Origin: a bacterium
GTDB taxonomy: Bacteria > UBA8248
Length of the DNA: 64,000 nucleotides
Reading direction: 5' to 3'
Assembly (NCBI GenBank): GCA_963692865.2
Contig: OY843592.1
Location: forward strand, 672,001 to 736,000
The notes under the pieces were generated by a model. That model did not search any database, was not told the origin of the DNA, and saw only the letters and a list, made by a program, of their open reading frames with translations. Within the stretch, counting starts at the first letter, position 1, and each line of letters begins with the position of its first letter. Made by a program: the position numbers and the translations under genes. Shown piece by piece: positions 9,992 to 19,324 of the stretch.

Positions 9992-10023
9992 AAAAAAAAA
10001 GCCCGTCCCCTGAGGGACAGGCT
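9992..10023 (-). terminator. rho-independent terminator between the two crotonase paralogs
   Basis: Minus strand AGCCTGTCCC-TCAG-GGGACGGGCT followed by a run of T. Confidence 0.7.
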
Positions 10024-10050
10024 CGATGTATCATGGAAATTGGAAAGTCT

Positions 10051-10833
10051 TTATTCTCCGGTAAACACAGGTTTTCTCTTTTCTCTGAACGCCGCCAGCG
10101 CCTCGGCGAAATCCTTGGTGTGATTCAAAGGCAATCTGTGAGCGTTGGAAAACTCGACGGCCTGAGCGAGCGGCATATCGAGCGTTTGATCGATCACTTT
10201 TTTCGCGCTACGAACCCCCAAGGGGCCATTATCTCTTATCTTCTCCGCTATGGCGGTCGCTTCATCCATCAGCCTGTCCAGTGGATGCGCTTTGTTCACC
10301 AAACCAATACGCTCCGCTTCTTTTCCATCGATTCTCTTGCTCGTGTAAACCAATTCTTTCGCCTGTCCGGCCGGCATGATTCTTTGGAGCCAGACTACGC
10401 CACCTGCCCCGGGGAAGATTCCCAGGCTGCATTCCGGAAAACAAAGAGTAGCTTTTTCCGCGGCCAGTCTGATATCGCATACCAAGGTGATTTCCACGCC
10501 CCAGCCGAACGTATGACCGTTGATAGCGGCGATGGTGGGCATGGGCAAGCGTTCCCATAGCGACGTCGCCGTCATCACGTAGCGCTGGTATTGATCGGCC
10601 ATCTCCTTCGTATGCGTTGTGCTTTCTTTCAGGTCGCGGCCCGTGCTGAAACCACGTCCCTCGCCGGTGAGGATGACCACGCGCACGTTTTGTGCATCGG
10701 CCAAGGTTCGCGTCAATTCCACGAATTCTTCCGCCATCTTGAAGCTGATCGCGTTCAGGCTCTCCGGACGGTTGAACTTCACTACCGACAATCCATCTTC
10801 TTCCGTATAGGATAACGTTTCAAATTCGCGCAC
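10051..10833 (-). CDS. enoyl-CoA hydratase/isomerase family protein
   Basis: NRPESLNA, FSTGRDLKE, AAINGHTFGWGVE, PECSLGIFPG, AFREKRKPVFTG; paralog of adjacent gene. Confidence 0.92.
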   Translation of the reverse strand: MREFETLSYTEEDGLSVVKFNRPESLNAISFKMAEEFVELTRTLADAQNVRVVILTGEGRGFSTGRDLKESTTHTKEMADQYQRYVMTATSLWERLPMPTIAAINGHTFGWGVEITLVCDIRLAAEKATLCFPECSLGIFPGAGGVVWLQRIMPAGQAKELVYTSKRIDGKEAERIGLVNKAHPLDRLMDEATAIAEKIRDNGPLGVRSAKKVIDQTLDMPLAQAVEFSNAHRLPLNHTKDFAEALAAFREKRKPVFTGE

Positions 10834-10873
10834 GCGTCCCCTCCTGGAAAATATCTTTTCAACTCGATTCGGA

Positions 10874-11416
10874 TCAGCTTTTCAGATGGCTGGCCACTTC
10901 TTCGACAAACTTGAGTGTCGTGTCTCTCATTTCATCAGGCTGTAAATTGCTGACCGGGTGAGGCAACTGAATATAGGGATGGCCTTCCATACCCTTTCCG
11001 CGGAACTGAAAGTCCGCCGCATTCTTGAACGCCTCGGTGATAATGGTCGTCGAAGGAACGCCCCGTTTTTCAAATTCAACCGTGTCGTGCACACTGCACA
11101 ACGTGCAGGAGCCTCAGCCCCCCAATGCGGCTATCGCCACATCCACCTCCTGGGCCATTTCTTCAATCATTTCATCAGTGGCAGGCTTCGAGTAATGCTC
11201 TTTGCGCCGCGAGATGACTCTGGCCACGTCGAACTGCTCACGCAGGGCATTACCAAGAGTTTCCAAAATGATATCCGCTTGTTCTTTCGTGTTATCGAGG
11301 AGCCCCACCACCTTTCCCGAAAGATCGCCGGGCCGTTGCGCAAGCTCGATTCGCGCGGCCGATCCTCCCGCCGTCGGATCAATGAATCCCATTCCGTTCG
11401 CCATGGTTTTCTCCAT
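10874..11416 (-). CDS. UGSC-family selenoprotein (in-frame TGA 11114-11116)
   Basis: ORFs 11114..11416 and 10874..11101 share a frame; readthrough gives AIAALGG-U-GSCTLCSVHDTVEFEKRGVP. Confidence 0.88.
11084..11102 (-). promoter_or_regulatory. SECIS-like stem-loop 3' of UGSC UGA
   Basis: GUUGUGCA-GUG-UGCACGAC hairpin following an 11-nt spacer after UGA; G-led loop. Confidence 0.7.
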
Positions 11417-11599
11417 ATGATATGTGAATTCAACCGAGGCTAAATCATATCCCGCAATTCATTCCTTGTCTACGATATCAGCCTTTTCGTTCTTTTCATG
11501 AAAATGCGAATGATGTTTTTTCCGCTTCTCAGTTTCGCGGATTTTTGGCAAAATCAAGTCTAATTTACAGCAATCCTCTTAACCTTAAGGAGCAGACAA

Positions 11600-13861
11600 A
11601 TGGCCGATTACGATATCATCGGCAAGTCGAATGTTCGATACGACGCTATTCCGAAAGCGGATGGCTCCATGCCCTATGGAGAGGACGCGATACCCGCAGG
11701 CGCCTTACAGTGCGGCGTACTGTTTACGCCCATCCCCGTAGGCCGCCTGAAAAAACTCGACACTTCTAAAGCCGAAAAAATCCCGGGCGTAGCCGCCATT
11801 CTAACTGCAAAAGATATTCCGGGCACAAACGCGCGATTCGGCTCCGGAACACCGGGCCTGCCCCATCAACCGGTTCTGGTGGAAGATAAAATCGAATTTA
11901 CGGGAGACGCTCTCGCCATCGTAGGCGCCGAAAACAGAGAAGCGCTTGACGCCGCCATCGCGGCCATCGAGGTGGAAATCGAGGCGGAAGAAGGCGTGTG
12001 GACAACGCGTCACGATGAAACGAGCGCCGAGAAACGCCAGGCGTGTGATTTCGAGGCCACCCGCGGTGACATCAAAACCGCGTTCGATGAAGCCGACGTG
12101 GTGGTTGAGAAAACATACACCACGCAACTTGCCGAGCACGCCTTTCTGGAACCCGCTTCCGGTACCTCCTGGATGGAGGAAGACGGCGTTATCACAATCC
12201 GCGTCGGCACACAGCTTATTGAATACTATCGAGCCATTGCGGCGATTTTGGGAATCTCGCATAGCCGCGTCCGCCACCTCGGCACTTACGTCGGCGGCGG
12301 ATTCGGCGCCAAGGGTATGTTGACCGTAGAGCCTTACCTGGCGCTGCTTACATGGCATACACAAAGGCCAGCGGTAATGGTACTGGGTCGCGAGCACGGC
12401 ATCAGAAATACCTCGAAAAAACATCCTTTCTATATGAAATACAAAACAGGAGCGACCAAGGACGGGAAAATCCTTGCCGTAGAAGCGGATATCGTGGGCG
12501 ATGCAGGCGCCTATCCGTATAAGTCCAATCTATTCCTCCTGGGCGCGATGTGCATCGCCGCGGGTCCTTACGATGTCCCCAACGTAAAAATACGCGCGCA
12601 CGGCTATCTCACCAACAATCCCATCACCAACGCGATGCGCGGTGTCGGATCAAATCAAGTCTGCTTCGCATATGAGACCCAAATGAATCTGGTTGCAGAC
12701 GCCATCGGGATAGATAAATACGAATTCAGGCGCAAGAATTTCATCCAGAAAGGCCAGGAACTGCCGACCGGGCAGGTAATTCCTTACGAACCGAACCTGG
12801 AAGGATGCCTCGACGGCGCGCTTCAGGCATTGGGCGAACCTACAGAACCAGGGCCGGGCAAACGCATTGGCAGGGCGGCGGCGGCGAACATCACCGGCTA
12901 CGGAAGGCCGAATGACGACGCGAATGCGGCGGTTCACCTTGAGCCGGATGGCAGCGCCGTTGTCCGCGTAAGCGCGCCGGACATAGGCGCCGGCCAGGGC
13001 GCTACTCTCCAAAGCATCACGGCGGAAACCCTCGGACTCAGGCTAGATCAGGTTTCAACCCGTCTGTCCGATTCTGCTACTACGCCGCTCTCGGGCATCA
13101 CTGCAGGTTCTCGCCAAACACTCATGGCTGGGCACGCCGTTCAACTTGCCGCAGACGAAGTTCGAAAAGCCGTTACCAAAGGCGCCGCTTCGTTGCTCGA
13201 GGCTGCAGAAGAGGACATTCGCCTTGGAGGCGGCGAGGCATGGGTGGCCTCCGCTCCCGAGAGAATAGTTGGCATCGGTGCTGCGGCTGGCGAAGCCAAA
13301 AAAATGGGTGAATCGCTACATTGCACTCATGGCTACAACATGCCGGGACATGATTATGAGAATCCGGAGCGATACATGAACGGTATGGGCGGATGGTCGG
13401 ACTACACTTTTGGCGTTCATGCAAGTGAAGTGGAAGTCGACATCGAAACCGGCGAAGTGAATCTCTTGAAGCACATCGCTTCCCACGATGTCGGACGAGC
13501 GCTGAATCCTCAAAGCGTGGAGGGGCAATTCGAAGGCGGTGCGGTAATGGGAATTGGCTATGCGCTGCACGAGGAAATCACCATGGTGGAAGGAGACTGC
13601 CGATCACAAAGCTTTCACGAATACCTGATTCCCACCTCATCGGATATAGGCGAATTTGAGTCCGTCGTCCTCGAATGCGGGGAAGGGGCAGGCCCATATG
13701 GCGCACGCGGCGTCGGAGAACCTCCGTGCAATAACGCACCGGCCGCCGTCGCCCTCGCCATCAACGATGCGATAGGCACAGAAGTCTACGACCTCCCCAT
13801 CACGCCCGAGCGAGTCTGCTGGGCGGTAACAAAGAAAAACGGTAAAAGCAACGGTCATTAA
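11600..13861 (+). CDS. xanthine dehydrogenase/CO dehydrogenase-family molybdopterin-binding large subunit
   Basis: EHAFLEP, VGGGFGAKG, AMRGVG, DIGAGQG, AGSR, DVGRALNP..VEGQFEGG, GARGVGEPP. Confidence 0.92.
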   Translation: MADYDIIGKSNVRYDAIPKADGSMPYGEDAIPAGALQCGVLFTPIPVGRLKKLDTSKAEKIPGVAAILTAKDIPGTNARFGSGTPGLPHQPVLVEDKIEFTGDALAIVGAENREALDAAIAAIEVEIEAEEGVWTTRHDETSAEKRQACDFEATRGDIKTAFDEADVVVEKTYTTQLAEHAFLEPASGTSWMEEDGVITIRVGTQLIEYYRAIAAILGISHSRVRHLGTYVGGGFGAKGMLTVEPYLALLTWHTQRPAVMVLGREHGIRNTSKKHPFYMKYKTGATKDGKILAVEADIVGDAGAYPYKSNLFLLGAMCIAAGPYDVPNVKIRAHGYLTNNPITNAMRGVGSNQVCFAYETQMNLVADAIGIDKYEFRRKNFIQKGQELPTGQVIPYEPNLEGCLDGALQALGEPTEPGPGKRIGRAAAANITGYGRPNDDANAAVHLEPDGSAVVRVSAPDIGAGQGATLQSITAETLGLRLDQVSTRLSDSATTPLSGITAGSRQTLMAGHAVQLAADEVRKAVTKGAASLLEAAEEDIRLGGGEAWVASAPERIVGIGAAAGEAKKMGESLHCTHGYNMPGHDYENPERYMNGMGGWSDYTFGVHASEVEVDIETGEVNLLKHIASHDVGRALNPQSVEGQFEGGAVMGIGYALHEEITMVEGDCRSQSFHEYLIPTSSDIGEFESVVLECGEGAGPYGARGVGEPPCNNAPAAVALAINDAIGTEVYDLPITPERVCWAVTKKNGKSNGH

Positions 13862-13875
13862 CAGGCTTCGATCAC

Positions 13876-13909
13876 AAAAGAGCCCCGGCAATTTTGTCGG
13901 GGCTCTTTT
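13876..13909. terminator. bidirectional rho-independent terminator
   Basis: AAAAGAGCCCCGGCAA-T-TTGTCGGGGCTCTTTT-type inverted repeat between convergent genes. Confidence 0.85.
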
Positions 13910-14035
13910 CTAAAGAAATGCACAAAACATTGCTGTTAACTCAAAGAGTAGACCGAAAAGAGTCCTTTTCGAGATTTTGAGATGTGTTGCTGAAAATCCG
14001 GTCTTCTGATCATCATTTCTTGGAAAGAAAACTTA

Positions 14036-15055
14036 TCATAAGTCAAAATTTTTTGTCACCGCCCGACACGCCACCGTAATTCCGTGCATGACCATGCTGG
14101 AAGGCGAACCCCTGCTTCCTGCGACGATTAAATGAAGATCTTCGGGATCGCCAACCGCAGGCACAAAAAAATCATCATCTTTCACATCCACGGGAAACGG
14201 CCAACGATCCGCGCCTTTCTCGCCCCGCCAGATACCGCCGCGCTTGATATCCCCTATAGTGCGCCCACCCATTTCCAGTAATTTTTGATGGACATCACTA
14301 CGAGTCATTCCGGCGTCAGCGCAAAGATGCGCATGTTGCGCACCCAGGACAACCGCCATATCCGCTTGCCGATACATATTGGGTCCGCCCAGTGCGGACA
14401 TCATATCGGCAACCGTCGCAAGAAGCCGGTCGGGAGTCAGGCTCGCATCGTCCCACACCTGCACTGGCCCTTCGAGAGGAATCATGGTCACCACATTATC
14501 GCTCTTCGAAAACCCTTTCGATTCCGCATACGACTCCCAGGGCGATTCCTCCTCGTTCTCCCGGATGCAAAAGGTGTTTCGCCAGGGGCCGCCAAAACCG
14601 CCGAGACAGGTGATTCCGGGGATGCCTCCACCCACATTCATCATGATGAGCCGCACGGCGCGGCCGATGGTCAGATTCGCCCGAAAGCCGGGTCCCATGC
14701 AGCCCACGCCGCCGTGCAGACCGATCTCCCTGGCGTAGGGGCCATTCACCAACAGAAAAGGCGCGCCCGCACTCGTCGTGGCCTGAATCAGATTTACGTT
14801 GAAACGCTCATCAAGAAGCGCTTCCAGTCCAGCTATCAGCACAGGTATGTACTCGGGCCTACAACCCGCCATCACGGCATGGGCCGCCAGACTCTGGATG
14901 CTGAGTTCTCCCCCAGCCGGAGCTACTTGGCCAAGTACTTCACCCGGCTCCCTTTTGGTTCCCGAGAGCATCAAAGCGATTCTCTCTTCCGTCGGAGTCA
15001 CGACAGGCAGGCCGTCCGACCATTCTTTGTCAAAGAAAAACTCAAACTCATCCAT
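14036..15055 (-). CDS. uncharacterised 'WSDGLP' protein (UGSC-associated type), paralog 4
   Basis: WSDGLPVVTPTEER, AVMAGCRPEY, GCMGPGFRANLTIGRAVRL, ENEEESPW. Confidence 0.8.
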   Translation of the reverse strand: MDEFEFFFDKEWSDGLPVVTPTEERIALMLSGTKREPGEVLGQVAPAGGELSIQSLAAHAVMAGCRPEYIPVLIAGLEALLDERFNVNLIQATTSAGAPFLLVNGPYAREIGLHGGVGCMGPGFRANLTIGRAVRLIMMNVGGGIPGITCLGGFGGPWRNTFCIRENEEESPWESYAESKGFSKSDNVVTMIPLEGPVQVWDDASLTPDRLLATVADMMSALGGPNMYRQADMAVVLGAQHAHLCADAGMTRSDVHQKLLEMGGRTIGDIKRGGIWRGEKGADRWPFPVDVKDDDFFVPAVGDPEDLHLIVAGSRGSPSSMVMHGITVACRAVTKNFDL

Positions 15056-15090
15056 GTGCTCATCCTCAAAAGCAAGGCTGGCGGAAAGGC

Positions 15091-16107
15091 TTATGGTTGG
15101 TAGTCAGTCGAGACCGCTTCGCTGCCATCCACCCAGCCGGGCATGACGGCCGTCACCGGCCCGGGCGTACCGCCTGCGACGAGAAGTACCAGGTTATCTT
15201 CATCTTTAATCGCCGGCACCAGAAACGAATCATCCTGCAGGTTCACATCAAATGGCCACTTGGCTGCCATCTCATCACGCCAATAGCCCGATCTTTTCAA
15301 CTCGCCAAGGGGTCTGCGCGCAAGGCCCATAATTCTGTGATGAACATCTTTTTTGCTCAAACCAGCCTCCGCGCACATCCGCGCGTGGTCCGGCCCCAGG
15401 GCAACGACAATTTGGGTCTTCAGCCAGATGTTCAGCGAACCCAATGTGGATATTTTATCTGCTAATCCTACGAAAAAAGATTCCGGCTCCTTGGAATAAT
15501 CATCGATATATCCTTGGGGCGCTTCGGTCATCACGGCGGTTACAACATCGTCATCCAGATGAAATCCTCTCGTGACGGACAACGACTCCCATGGACTTTC
15601 CTCTTCGTTCTCGGCAATACAGAATGTATATCTGGCGGGAGAGCCGAAGGTGCTCATCGAGGCGAAAACCGGAACACCCCCACCCAGGTTCATGAGAATG
15701 AGCCGGATGGCGCGGCCAATCGTCGCATTCGCCCGAAAACCCGGCCCAAAGCACCCCGTGCCGCCGTGCAGACCGATTTTTTTCGCGTAAGGCCCATTCA
15801 CGATCATTAGAGGGGCCGCGCTGTGCATGGTTCCCTGAACGCCGTTCAAGTTGAGTTTCGGCGTGAGTAGCGCTCCAAGTCCTGCAATGACGACGGGCAA
15901 GTACGAAGGCTCGCACCCCGCCATCACGGCGTGAGCGGCAATCGCTTCAACTTTTGCTTCCCCCATGAGGGGCGGCACCAAACCGATGACTTCTGAAGCC
16001 CCAAGTCTTGTGCCTGAGAGCATGGAGGCCATTCGTTCTTGGGTTGGGGGAATAATCGGCAGGCCGTCCGACCAGGATTTTTGAAAGAAAAATTCGAATT
16101 CATCCAT
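15091..16107 (-). CDS. uncharacterised 'WSDGLP' protein, paralog 3
   Basis: WSDGLPIIPPT, AVMAGCEPSY, GCFGPGFRANATIGRAIRL. Confidence 0.8.
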   Translation of the reverse strand: MDEFEFFFQKSWSDGLPIIPPTQERMASMLSGTRLGASEVIGLVPPLMGEAKVEAIAAHAVMAGCEPSYLPVVIAGLGALLTPKLNLNGVQGTMHSAAPLMIVNGPYAKKIGLHGGTGCFGPGFRANATIGRAIRLILMNLGGGVPVFASMSTFGSPARYTFCIAENEEESPWESLSVTRGFHLDDDVVTAVMTEAPQGYIDDYSKEPESFFVGLADKISTLGSLNIWLKTQIVVALGPDHARMCAEAGLSKKDVHHRIMGLARRPLGELKRSGYWRDEMAAKWPFDVNLQDDSFLVPAIKDEDNLVLLVAGGTPGPVTAVMPGWVDGSEAVSTDYQP

Positions 16108-16148
16108 GGAAATATGACACCACTTTATCCATCGGGGCGACTCCGGCG

Positions 16149-17177
16149 CTACGCCTCATAGACCCCATGAACGGCGCGGCTGCCGCCGCTCCAGCCATGG
16201 CATACCGCGCTGCCCGATCCCCAGCCGCCCGCGACGATCAAGTGCAGGTCACGGGGGTCCTTGATGACGGGAACGAAAAACTCATCATCATCGGGGTCCA
16301 CGTGAATAAACATATCCAGCGCGCGTTCGCGCCGCCAGTTGCCGCCTCGTTTCAACTCCTTCACTTTGTGGCCTGCCAGCTCACAAAGCCGCCGATGCAC
16401 ATCCGCGCGCGCAAGACCGCCCTCGGAACAAATTTTCGCATGCTGGGGATTCATCGCGACGAGCATATCGGTTCTTGGCGCGTGCATGTTCCAGGAGCCC
16501 AAGCCCGTCATCGCATCGGCGATTCCCCGGAGCAGCCTCTCGGGCTCCTCGCTGACGTCATCGAAGGTCAGTCGCGGGCTTTCCACCATGGCCATGGTGA
16601 TAACGTTTTCATCCGCCCCGTATCCCCTGGATTCAGCGAGCGTCTCCCAGGGGTGAAACTGAAGGTTCTCCGTGACGCACGCGGTATAGCGCAGCGGCGT
16701 GCCGAAAATCGTCATGGAAGAAACGCCCGGGATGCCCCCGCCCAGGTTCATCAAAATCAGGCGAATGGCGCGGCCGATGGAAGCGTTGGCCCTGAACCCC
16801 GGGCCGAAACAGCCGTTGCCCCCGTGAATGCCGATTTTCTCGGAATACGGGCCGTTTACAATCATCAGGGGCGCTACGCCGTGCATCGTGCCCTGTACGC
16901 CGTTCATGTTGAACTCATCGCGAAGCATAAGCGTGGTGGCGCCGAGTACGACCGGCAGGTACTCGGGTTTGCAGCCCGCCATTACCGCATGAACCGCCAC
17001 GCTATGGACCGTGGCCTCGCCCATGGCGGGAGGAACCTGACCTATGAATTCGGCAGGATTTCTCTTCGTGCCCGAGAGCATGCGCTCGATGCGCTCTTCC
17101 GTCGGGGTGACGACGGGAAGGCCGTCCGACCAGGGTTTTTCCAGGAAAAACTCGAATTCATCTTGAGGAGCGTTCAA
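16149..17177 (-). CDS. uncharacterised 'WSDGLP' protein, paralog 2
   Basis: WSDGLPVVTPTEER, AVMAGCKPEY, GCFGPGFRANASIGRAIRL. Confidence 0.8.
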   Translation of the reverse strand: MNAPQDEFEFFLEKPWSDGLPVVTPTEERIERMLSGTKRNPAEFIGQVPPAMGEATVHSVAVHAVMAGCKPEYLPVVLGATTLMLRDEFNMNGVQGTMHGVAPLMIVNGPYSEKIGIHGGNGCFGPGFRANASIGRAIRLILMNLGGGIPGVSSMTIFGTPLRYTACVTENLQFHPWETLAESRGYGADENVITMAMVESPRLTFDDVSEEPERLLRGIADAMTGLGSWNMHAPRTDMLVAMNPQHAKICSEGGLARADVHRRLCELAGHKVKELKRGGNWRRERALDMFIHVDPDDDEFFVPVIKDPRDLHLIVAGGWGSGSAVCHGWSGGSRAVHGVYEA

Positions 17178-17206
17178 GCCCTTTCACCTTTTGAAGTATA
17201 TGGACA

Positions 17207-18241
17207 TCATGACGACGCAAATGCGCGGGAGACGGAACGGCTGCTCCCGTTCCAGCCGTGCATCACGGCCGTAATCGGGCCCGGAATCCCGCCCGCCACG
17301 ATCAAGATCAGCCTCCCGGCCTCTTTTATCGTCGGAACGAACGCGCCGTCATCGTCCAGATCGACGGGGAACGGAAAATCCCTGATGCGATTTTCCCTGA
17401 AATGCCCTCCCGTTTTGAGTTCGCCCACCGTGCGGCCCGCGATTTCGCAAAGGCGCCCGTGGACATCCGCCTTTGAATACCCCCTCTTTGCGCATATCGC
17501 GGCCTGCTGCGGGCTCATCGCCACCACCAGATCCGTGTTGGCCCAACAGTTCCACGAACCCAAATGCGACATGGTGTCCGCGATGGAGGGGAGCATGCGC
17601 TCGGGGTCGTCGCTCACGTCATCCCAGGACATGACGGGGCCTTCCACGTGCACGGCGGTGACGACGTTCTCCTCAACTTCAAAACCATGCGTCTGAGCGA
17701 GAGACTCCCAGGGGCTTTCCGCTTCATTCTCGGCGATGCAGTACGTGAACCTCCCCGGTTGGGAGAACGTGCTCATCGAGGTGATGCCCGGAATTCCGCC
17801 GCCAATGTTGAGCAGCAGAAGCCTGATGGCGCGGCCGATCGTCGCGTTGGCGCGATTCCCGGGGCCGAAACAGCCGAGCCCCCCATGCAGGCCGATTTCC
17901 CTGGCGTAGGGGCCGTTCACGATCAAAAGGGGGGCCGCGCAGGAGAGCGTCGCCTGAACGCCGCCCACGTTGAATTTTTCCTCCAGAATCGCCTCCACGG
18001 CCCCGACGAGAACCGGCATATACGCCGGCTTGCATCCGGCCATGACGGCGTGAACGGCGATGGTCCGAACGTCCGCTTGCGCCAGAAGCGGGGGCACGTC
18101 TCCGAGGACTTCATCCGGATCGCGGCTCGTTCCCGCCAGCATGAGTCCCAGGCGCTCTTCCGTCGGAGGGATGACAGGCAGGCCGTCGGACCAGGCTTGT
18201 TCAAAGAAATACTCGTACTCATCCACGGGAGGGGCGCTCAC
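17207..18241 (-). CDS. uncharacterised 'WSDGLP' protein, paralog 1
   Basis: WSDGLPVIPPTEER, AVMAGCKPAY, GCFGPGNRANATIGRAIRL. Confidence 0.8.
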   Translation of the reverse strand: MSAPPVDEYEYFFEQAWSDGLPVIPPTEERLGLMLAGTSRDPDEVLGDVPPLLAQADVRTIAVHAVMAGCKPAYMPVLVGAVEAILEEKFNVGGVQATLSCAAPLLIVNGPYAREIGLHGGLGCFGPGNRANATIGRAIRLLLLNIGGGIPGITSMSTFSQPGRFTYCIAENEAESPWESLAQTHGFEVEENVVTAVHVEGPVMSWDDVSDDPERMLPSIADTMSHLGSWNCWANTDLVVAMSPQQAAICAKRGYSKADVHGRLCEIAGRTVGELKTGGHFRENRIRDFPFPVDLDDDGAFVPTIKEAGRLILIVAGGIPGPITAVMHGWNGSSRSVSRAFASS

Positions 18242-18305
18242 GAAATGCCTCCGGAGAAATTTTCACGAAATGAAAAATGATTCGACGCCAAGTAAGATAC
18301 CCGGT

Positions 18306-18746
18306 CTATTTTTCGCTTTCGTCGATCAGCTTTTTCAGGTCCTCCGCCAACGGCGAGCGCAGAGCAACCAGCTTTTGGTAATCCCGCATGGCGGCGACCC
18401 GGTTCCCCCGCAGCAGATGGGCGACGCCCCGGTATTCGACGGCTTCGGCGTGTACCGGATTCACGGCCAAGGCCCTGTTGTACGCCGAAATGGCCTCATC
18501 GAGGCGGCCGAGGTGACGAAGGCTGTAGCCCATCAGGGTATGCGCCCTGAAGTCTTCGGGGTCCTCGGCGACCGCGAGGCGGAAATGCAAAAACGCCCTT
18601 TCCATGTCTCCGTTGTGAATGTGGACGCGGCCCAGTTCATACGCAGTGCCCGGATCCGCGGGCAACGGCTGTTTCGCCGGGTCGTACGCGACGGCGGAAA
18701 AAGCGGAGCCGAGAAGCAGGGCGAGAATGAGTGCGGTGATTTTCAC
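18306..18746 (-). CDS. secreted tetratricopeptide-repeat protein
   Basis: GTG start after GGAGG, signal peptide KITALILALLLGSAFSAVA, TPR helices (AHTLMGYSLRHLGRLDEAISAYNRAL). Confidence 0.8.
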   Translation of the reverse strand: MKITALILALLLGSAFSAVAYDPAKQPLPADPGTAYELGRVHIHNGDMERAFLHFRLAVAEDPEDFRAHTLMGYSLRHLGRLDEAISAYNRALAVNPVHAEAVEYRGVAHLLRGNRVAAMRDYQKLVALRSPLAEDLKKLIDESEK

Positions 18747-18937
18747 GTCTACGTTCCTCCCGAAACCAGAGTGGATTGGAAGCCATGACCTGGCGAAACC
18801 TTCGCCGGATGGTATACGCTTGCCGTCGAACATGTCGAGCAAATATACACGGGCGCCGGACGGATTGCGAGTCCATGCCGTTAGAATACGCCCGAGGTTA
18901 CATGTCGCAACCACCGCCAATCTACAGGAGCCGTTCC

Positions 18938-19324
18938 ATGCCGATTTACAGAAACCTCGCCGCCCGGAGCCAGGGAAAGGCGGCCGACTACGTCACCGCA
19001 AACGCCGCCTGGGTGGACGGCGCCCACGCCACCATCGGTTATTTCCGCATGGAGGCGGGAGGCCATTCCAGCCCGCACTATCACCACGACGAGCAGTTCT
19101 TGTATCTCCTCAAGGGCGGGCTTCGCATCGCCGTGGAAGGAGAGATTCTCGAAGCCGCGCCCGGGGATCTGGTGCAGTTCGCGCCCGGGGAGGTGCACGA
19201 GATCATGGCGCTCGACGAGCCCGTGGAGCTTCTGCTCACGAGGTCTCCGGCGAGGCCGAGCCTCGAGGCGCTCGCGGTGACGCCCGAAGGCGAGCGGGCC
19301 AGGAGCCTTTTGCGCCCCGAATAG
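18938..19324 (+). CDS. cupin-domain protein
   Basis: PHYHHDEQ...GDLVQFAPGEVH; RBS AGGAG before ATG 18938. Confidence 0.85.
   Translation: MPIYRNLAARSQGKAADYVTANAAWVDGAHATIGYFRMEAGGHSSPHYHHDEQFLYLLKGGLRIAVEGEILEAAPGDLVQFAPGEVHEIMALDEPVELLLTRSPARPSLEALAVTPEGERARSLLRPE

Noticed and set aside
9091-10560. 489-aa plus-strand ORF
   Set aside because: Antisense shadow of the two crotonase genes; no recognisable motifs.
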